Source: Monocercomonoides exilis PA203
Lineage: Eukaryota > Protista > Preaxostyla
Direction of reading: 5' to 3'
DNA: 64,000 nt
NCBI GenBank assembly: GCA_001643675.2
Contig: LSRY02000056.1
Span: 496,001 to 560,000 of the forward strand
Positions 61,201 through 64,000 of the stretch are shown piece after piece (position 1 is the first letter of the stretch; every line of letters starts with the position of its first letter). The position numbers and the translations under genes were made by a program. The notes beneath the pieces are model-generated. The model saw only the letters and a program-made list of their open reading frames with translations, searched no databases and had not been told where the DNA came from.

Positions 61201-64000
61201 ATTTTCCATGTTCCACAATCGAGTTTGCTTCACAGAACAGATTCAGTTCGTCAAAGAAGAACATTGTGCTGGATTCAGAGTTTGAGCTGGGAGAAGTTGT
61301 GTCGATGGCAGGGTCATATGAATGGGAGGTGTATTGTGGGATTAACAAGACGGATGTGAATGTGAGGGTGCCGAGTGGAATGACATCTTCGTATTTGATA
61401 AATGTTCAGAGTGCAAGCTCAATAAAGAACATTGCGTTCCAAATTCCATTTCTGTTGTCAAGTGCAACATCGCTCATTGGTTTGACCAGCTCATCACTCA
61501 CACTCATAGACTGTTCAGTTGCTCATTTGTCAGAGAGCACATCGAGTGTGGCCTTTGGATACAGTTTTGTGAATGCGCAGAGCGGGAGTCTAAATATGGA
61601 ACGATTTGTGATTGGTGGAGCACTTGTGTTTGGAGCTCATTCAGCGATTGAATTTTCTGAAGGAATGGCGAGTGTGATTTGTTCAGGATGCAATATTAGT
61701 GGAGTTGTGAAAAATTGTGGAGATGGAGGATGGATAAAAGGAACAGTTGGAGGAAGTGGAACGTTGACAGTTGATGGATGCAATGTGAATGGGTGCAGTT
61801 GTGTTGGAGGAAAGGGAGGAGGAATATATGTTGGATTGAAGGAAAACGGGAAAGTAGTTATGAATGGAACATTGATATTTGAGGGATGTTGTGCAGGAAG
61901 TCTTGAGGAAAAGGGGAGAGGAGGAGGGTTGTTCATAAATGTTGATTCGACTGAATCGGATTTCACCATTTATGAATCTGTGATATTTTCTGAAGAAAAC
62001 CCAAACAAAGCTTTTCATGGAAGTGATGTGTTTGTTCAGTGTGGAAGCGGGCTTTTGTTGGAAGAGATAGTTAATCAAGCATCCTTTGGATTCTTCAAAG
62101 ATGGAAACTGCATGAATAATGAAGAGAAGTTGTGTGGATGCGAGGATGGGACATCGTTGCCAGTTATTCCACTGTGTGTGTATTTGTGTGATTTTGAATC
62201 TCCCATATCAGTTGACGAAAGGAGTGGTGCAGATCATTCGCATTGTGGATATTCCGTTTTCTGCTGTTCAACAATCGACTTCTGTGTTCGTGAGCGAGTG
62301 AATGAGCTTGTGAATGCGATGGAAGTGATATCATCAGCATCGATCAAGAATCCGTTTGTTGTGCCTTTGTTTCAAACATCTCAAATATCAATTTCTTCTT
62401 CATCTGCATCATCTTCTTCGAGCCAATATCCCTTGGTGAATGTTGGCTTGACTGACAATATCTCCACTGACTGCCACAATGTTATTCAGTGCTCTGGCAG
62501 CTTTTCTCTGTCTTTTCTCTCTTTTGCTCTTCCTCGTGTTCTTCCTTCCTCAATATCTTCGATTATTCAGTCATCAATCTTTCTCTCTTTGAGCAATATT
62601 TCGATTGTATTTTCAGCTGACACTCTTGCGAGCTCTGTGGCATTTTCGTTAATTCATGTGAGTGGAGGTGAATTGGAGCTCACAGGATTGGTTGTTTCTG
62701 AGGATATCACTTTCGCTGCGCTTCCGCCAATCAATGTGAACGGAGAATCACGAGTGGCAGTTGAGGGATGCACATTGACAGAGATGGCAAACGAGGGAGG
62801 AAGTGGAGGATGCGTGAAAGTGGAAACGAGTGGTGGAGGAACCATATCGATCAAGAACACGAACATATCATCAAAGTGCAAAAACGAAGAAGGACTGAGA
62901 GGAGGAGGGATGATGATATTAATTGGAAGTGGAGGGAGTTTGGAAATGAAAAATGTGAATTTGTCTGAATGTGAAGTTCCGTCAGTGGATATTGAGGATG
63001 GAGGAAAGGGAATGGGAGGAGGAATGTTTGTTGCATTGCCAGAGGAAATAGAGAAATTTGTGATGGAAGGAATGACATTTGAGGGATGCAATGCCTGGAA
63101 AGGGAAGAATCTGTTTGTTTCAGGATGGGATTTGAGGGAAGTTGTGAACAAGGATCATTTGAAATGGGAGATGAGTTCAGAGGAGTTGGAATCACTGGAT
63201 GAGTTGTGTGGATGGGAAGGGATGACAACAGGAGAAGAATATGAGATCCCGCTTGTTGTGTATTTGTGGTCAAATTGGAGTGGGAAAGGGTTTGTTTCGA
63301 AAGAGAAAGGAGGAGGCTTCAGTGGATGTGGATATTCAGAAGCGCCATGCTCCTCGATCGACCACATGATCAAAATGCGATTCTCTCCAGTTGGTTTGGA
63401 GAAATCGATCATCAAAGTGGAAGGATCAGCTTCACTCAAACATTCAGTATCCTTGCTGCCTTCCAAACCGTCTGATGAAAACCGGCCTTTGATTTCAGTT
63501 GAAGGAGGTGATGAGGCTGTGCACTTGTTCGTATCTGGTGATGGAGATTCCTCGGATGATGGCTCGCTGATCTCCAACTCGGTGAATGCTTCCTTTTCAA
63601 ACCTAATAATCGATCTTCCGAGCAGATGTGAGTTCCACAAATCATTCATCCGCTCTGTGTATTCGGTGTCTTTCTCTCTTTGCAGGTTCATTCCATCTGA
63701 CACCTTGTCTCCTTCTTCTTCTTCCTTGTGTGTGCTTGACATTGCGGAAGGGGATGTCTCCCTGGAGCACTGTGCACTTGCGACTTTGTCTCTGGCAAAT
63801 CCTTTTCTGCGACTGTCAGCCAATTTCCATTCAGCGCACATGCACAACACATCGTTCATCAATTCGTCTGTTTCTTCTGACAGTTTCATATCAGTTTTCC
63901 CCACTGGACTCCATTCAAATCAGTTGGCTTTAGGAGATTCACCCGATTTGCCAGTGGATTGCCCATCAATGAACATGACATCTGTCACAGTCGAGAATGT
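58230..64000 (+). CDS. Second giant Cys-rich/GG-repeat surface protein (>1920 aa, 3'-truncated by the window)
   Basis: ATG 58230 MTHGASFLTLCICVLCIIAGA (signal peptide). The frame reads open at both ends and no stop-terminated ORF in this frame appears in the track. Motifs SSGGAIW, GGGMY, GYDSWFCGFGYFPCSTI and GCGYSEAPCSSI match those of 21877-29015. Confidence 0.85.
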   Translation, partial: MTHGASFLTLCICVLCIIAGAANKENYETKITKKEEKGIILEGIRKNNDFCFTNRRNNKCSKNYENSGRRNEETEASEQDFVKMKRKNKGNIVKEWQVIFFEPKCYTNELKDEISGNKLYESEILGYLLFSNSTVILQSLAFAECSNGRVFCAECESTMVLSACRICTKITASPIELSCSDAMLTNVTLHSMNPSSFQQAPLILGKSCISISPKLGNVLVSSSFFSSFTVSSAPFLSSKFIEKATLSNLEFFNISSTFKSKQSISKDVKECSTIISCCLFSSVCDALDGGIVRSINAPSSSLLATNTSFVGCYRTTNAEFIGNESNPSKPGRQNSTSEVINTFIWCEWNGSKANGTGEFKEDGTSSGGAIWMSNLPSGSLSAFHCSFNDCSAHGCGGGIVCFDINSVKVANCSFIACVAKENYGGGMYLINIYYCILVADCAFRECSSNHLGGGLNLGAFNMSGGKCIEDESGETDSAWLKNCSFIRCTIENIKGGGFCCYSIPAEFKMKEIVFISCFARAFGGGMRLEHYEETHPNDDKYCYFLFFHDCACSESIPYGHDVFIIDRCNLMQSTNPFFECYSTNMDDRRVCYGYSSDNEIFEQTKMKNWLKDGVIDRFVGIDGMDSGEWCGLSQFTRCKTIGFAVENSLNQLKSRIVILEGKHASEIHTIDVCEKSIDIVGKGKDQSSISTESLNSSASFLFSVLNGNLYGAHFCIFLSFSSHLSQSVFVVASESGALSLEEVKITSETEKEVSLSTSIFKLPLSQLSMCVVEIEMISGSLPLFSEPHSSTIESKESILSNVTIRNVNRTTGDGVVMAKSVKGGETFVVRNVTMDGCKCLDGCGGGIKVELEESSSKACIGTTSSQDGGTTTFDQCSCGGYGGGVMLFLADNSFDFEISSVSFIGCSATLGGKDVFVNGSKLVSGTITIAKLNVGHNGSVYDELMGYDRNEGGMGIFPLNVFFDAFSGAAHVGKGVNGYGGYDSWFCGFGYFPCSTIEFASQNRFSSSKKNIVLDSEFELGEVVSMAGSYEWEVYCGINKTDVNVRVPSGMTSSYLINVQSASSIKNIAFQIPFLLSSATSLIGLTSSSLTLIDCSVAHLSESTSSVAFGYSFVNAQSGSLNMERFVIGGALVFGAHSAIEFSEGMASVICSGCNISGVVKNCGDGGWIKGTVGGSGTLTVDGCNVNGCSCVGGKGGGIYVGLKENGKVVMNGTLIFEGCCAGSLEEKGRGGGLFINVDSTESDFTIYESVIFSEENPNKAFHGSDVFVQCGSGLLLEEIVNQASFGFFKDGNCMNNEEKLCGCEDGTSLPVIPLCVYLCDFESPISVDERSGADHSHCGYSVFCCSTIDFCVRERVNELVNAMEVISSASIKNPFVVPLFQTSQISISSSSASSSSSQYPLVNVGLTDNISTDCHNVIQCSGSFSLSFLSFALPRVLPSSISSIIQSSIFLSLSNISIVFSADTLASSVAFSLIHVSGGELELTGLVVSEDITFAALPPINVNGESRVAVEGCTLTEMANEGGSGGCVKVETSGGGTISIKNTNISSKCKNEEGLRGGGMMILIGSGGSLEMKNVNLSECEVPSVDIEDGGKGMGGGMFVALPEEIEKFVMEGMTFEGCNAWKGKNLFVSGWDLREVVNKDHLKWEMSSEELESLDELCGWEGMTTGEEYEIPLVVYLWSNWSGKGFVSKEKGGGFSGCGYSEAPCSSIDHMIKMRFSPVGLEKSIIKVEGSASLKHSVSLLPSKPSDENRPLISVEGGDEAVHLFVSGDGDSSDDGSLISNSVNASFSNLIIDLPSRCEFHKSFIRSVYSVSFSLCRFIPSDTLSPSSSSLCVLDIAEGDVSLEHCALATLSLANPFLRLSANFHSAHMHNTSFINSSVSSDSFISVFPTGLHSNQLALGDSPDLPVDCPSMNMTSVTVEN

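Noticed and set aside
1-64000. tRNA, rRNA, CRISPR arrays or prokaryotic operon/defence systems
   Set aside because: None recognised by eye and the DNA is eukaryotic with spliceosomal introns. Small ncRNAs cannot be excluded without a covariance-model search.

Overview
AT-rich, intron-rich eukaryotic (protist) DNA read with the standard genetic code. Gene style suggests an oxymonad such as Monocercomonoides: many short GT-AG introns, poly-Ser and charged low-complexity insertions, and giant Cys/GG-repeat surface proteins with kinase-like tails. This assignment is an inference. The window has two compartments. (1) Compact housekeeping blocks: 1-4.3 kb (Trf4/PAPD5-like poly(A) polymerase, Bub3) and 33-57 kb (calreticulin-like, importin-alpha-like, kinesin-9, dihydropyrimidinase, cyclin T/K-like, SPIN90/Ldb17-like, RPA3, Atg14/UVRAG-like, PITP, two unknown proteins). 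(2) An accessory block at 4.4-33 kb and 57-64 kb. It holds two long-TIR MITEs, an intact and a dead pogo/DDE_1 transposase, a candidate 5.2-kb TIR element carrying decayed gene cargo, pseudogene mosaics, and two giant surface proteins. One of these is a complete receptor-like pseudokinase; the other is a >1900-aa ORF missing from the ORF track because it runs off the window. Exon boundaries were read by eye and are approximate.
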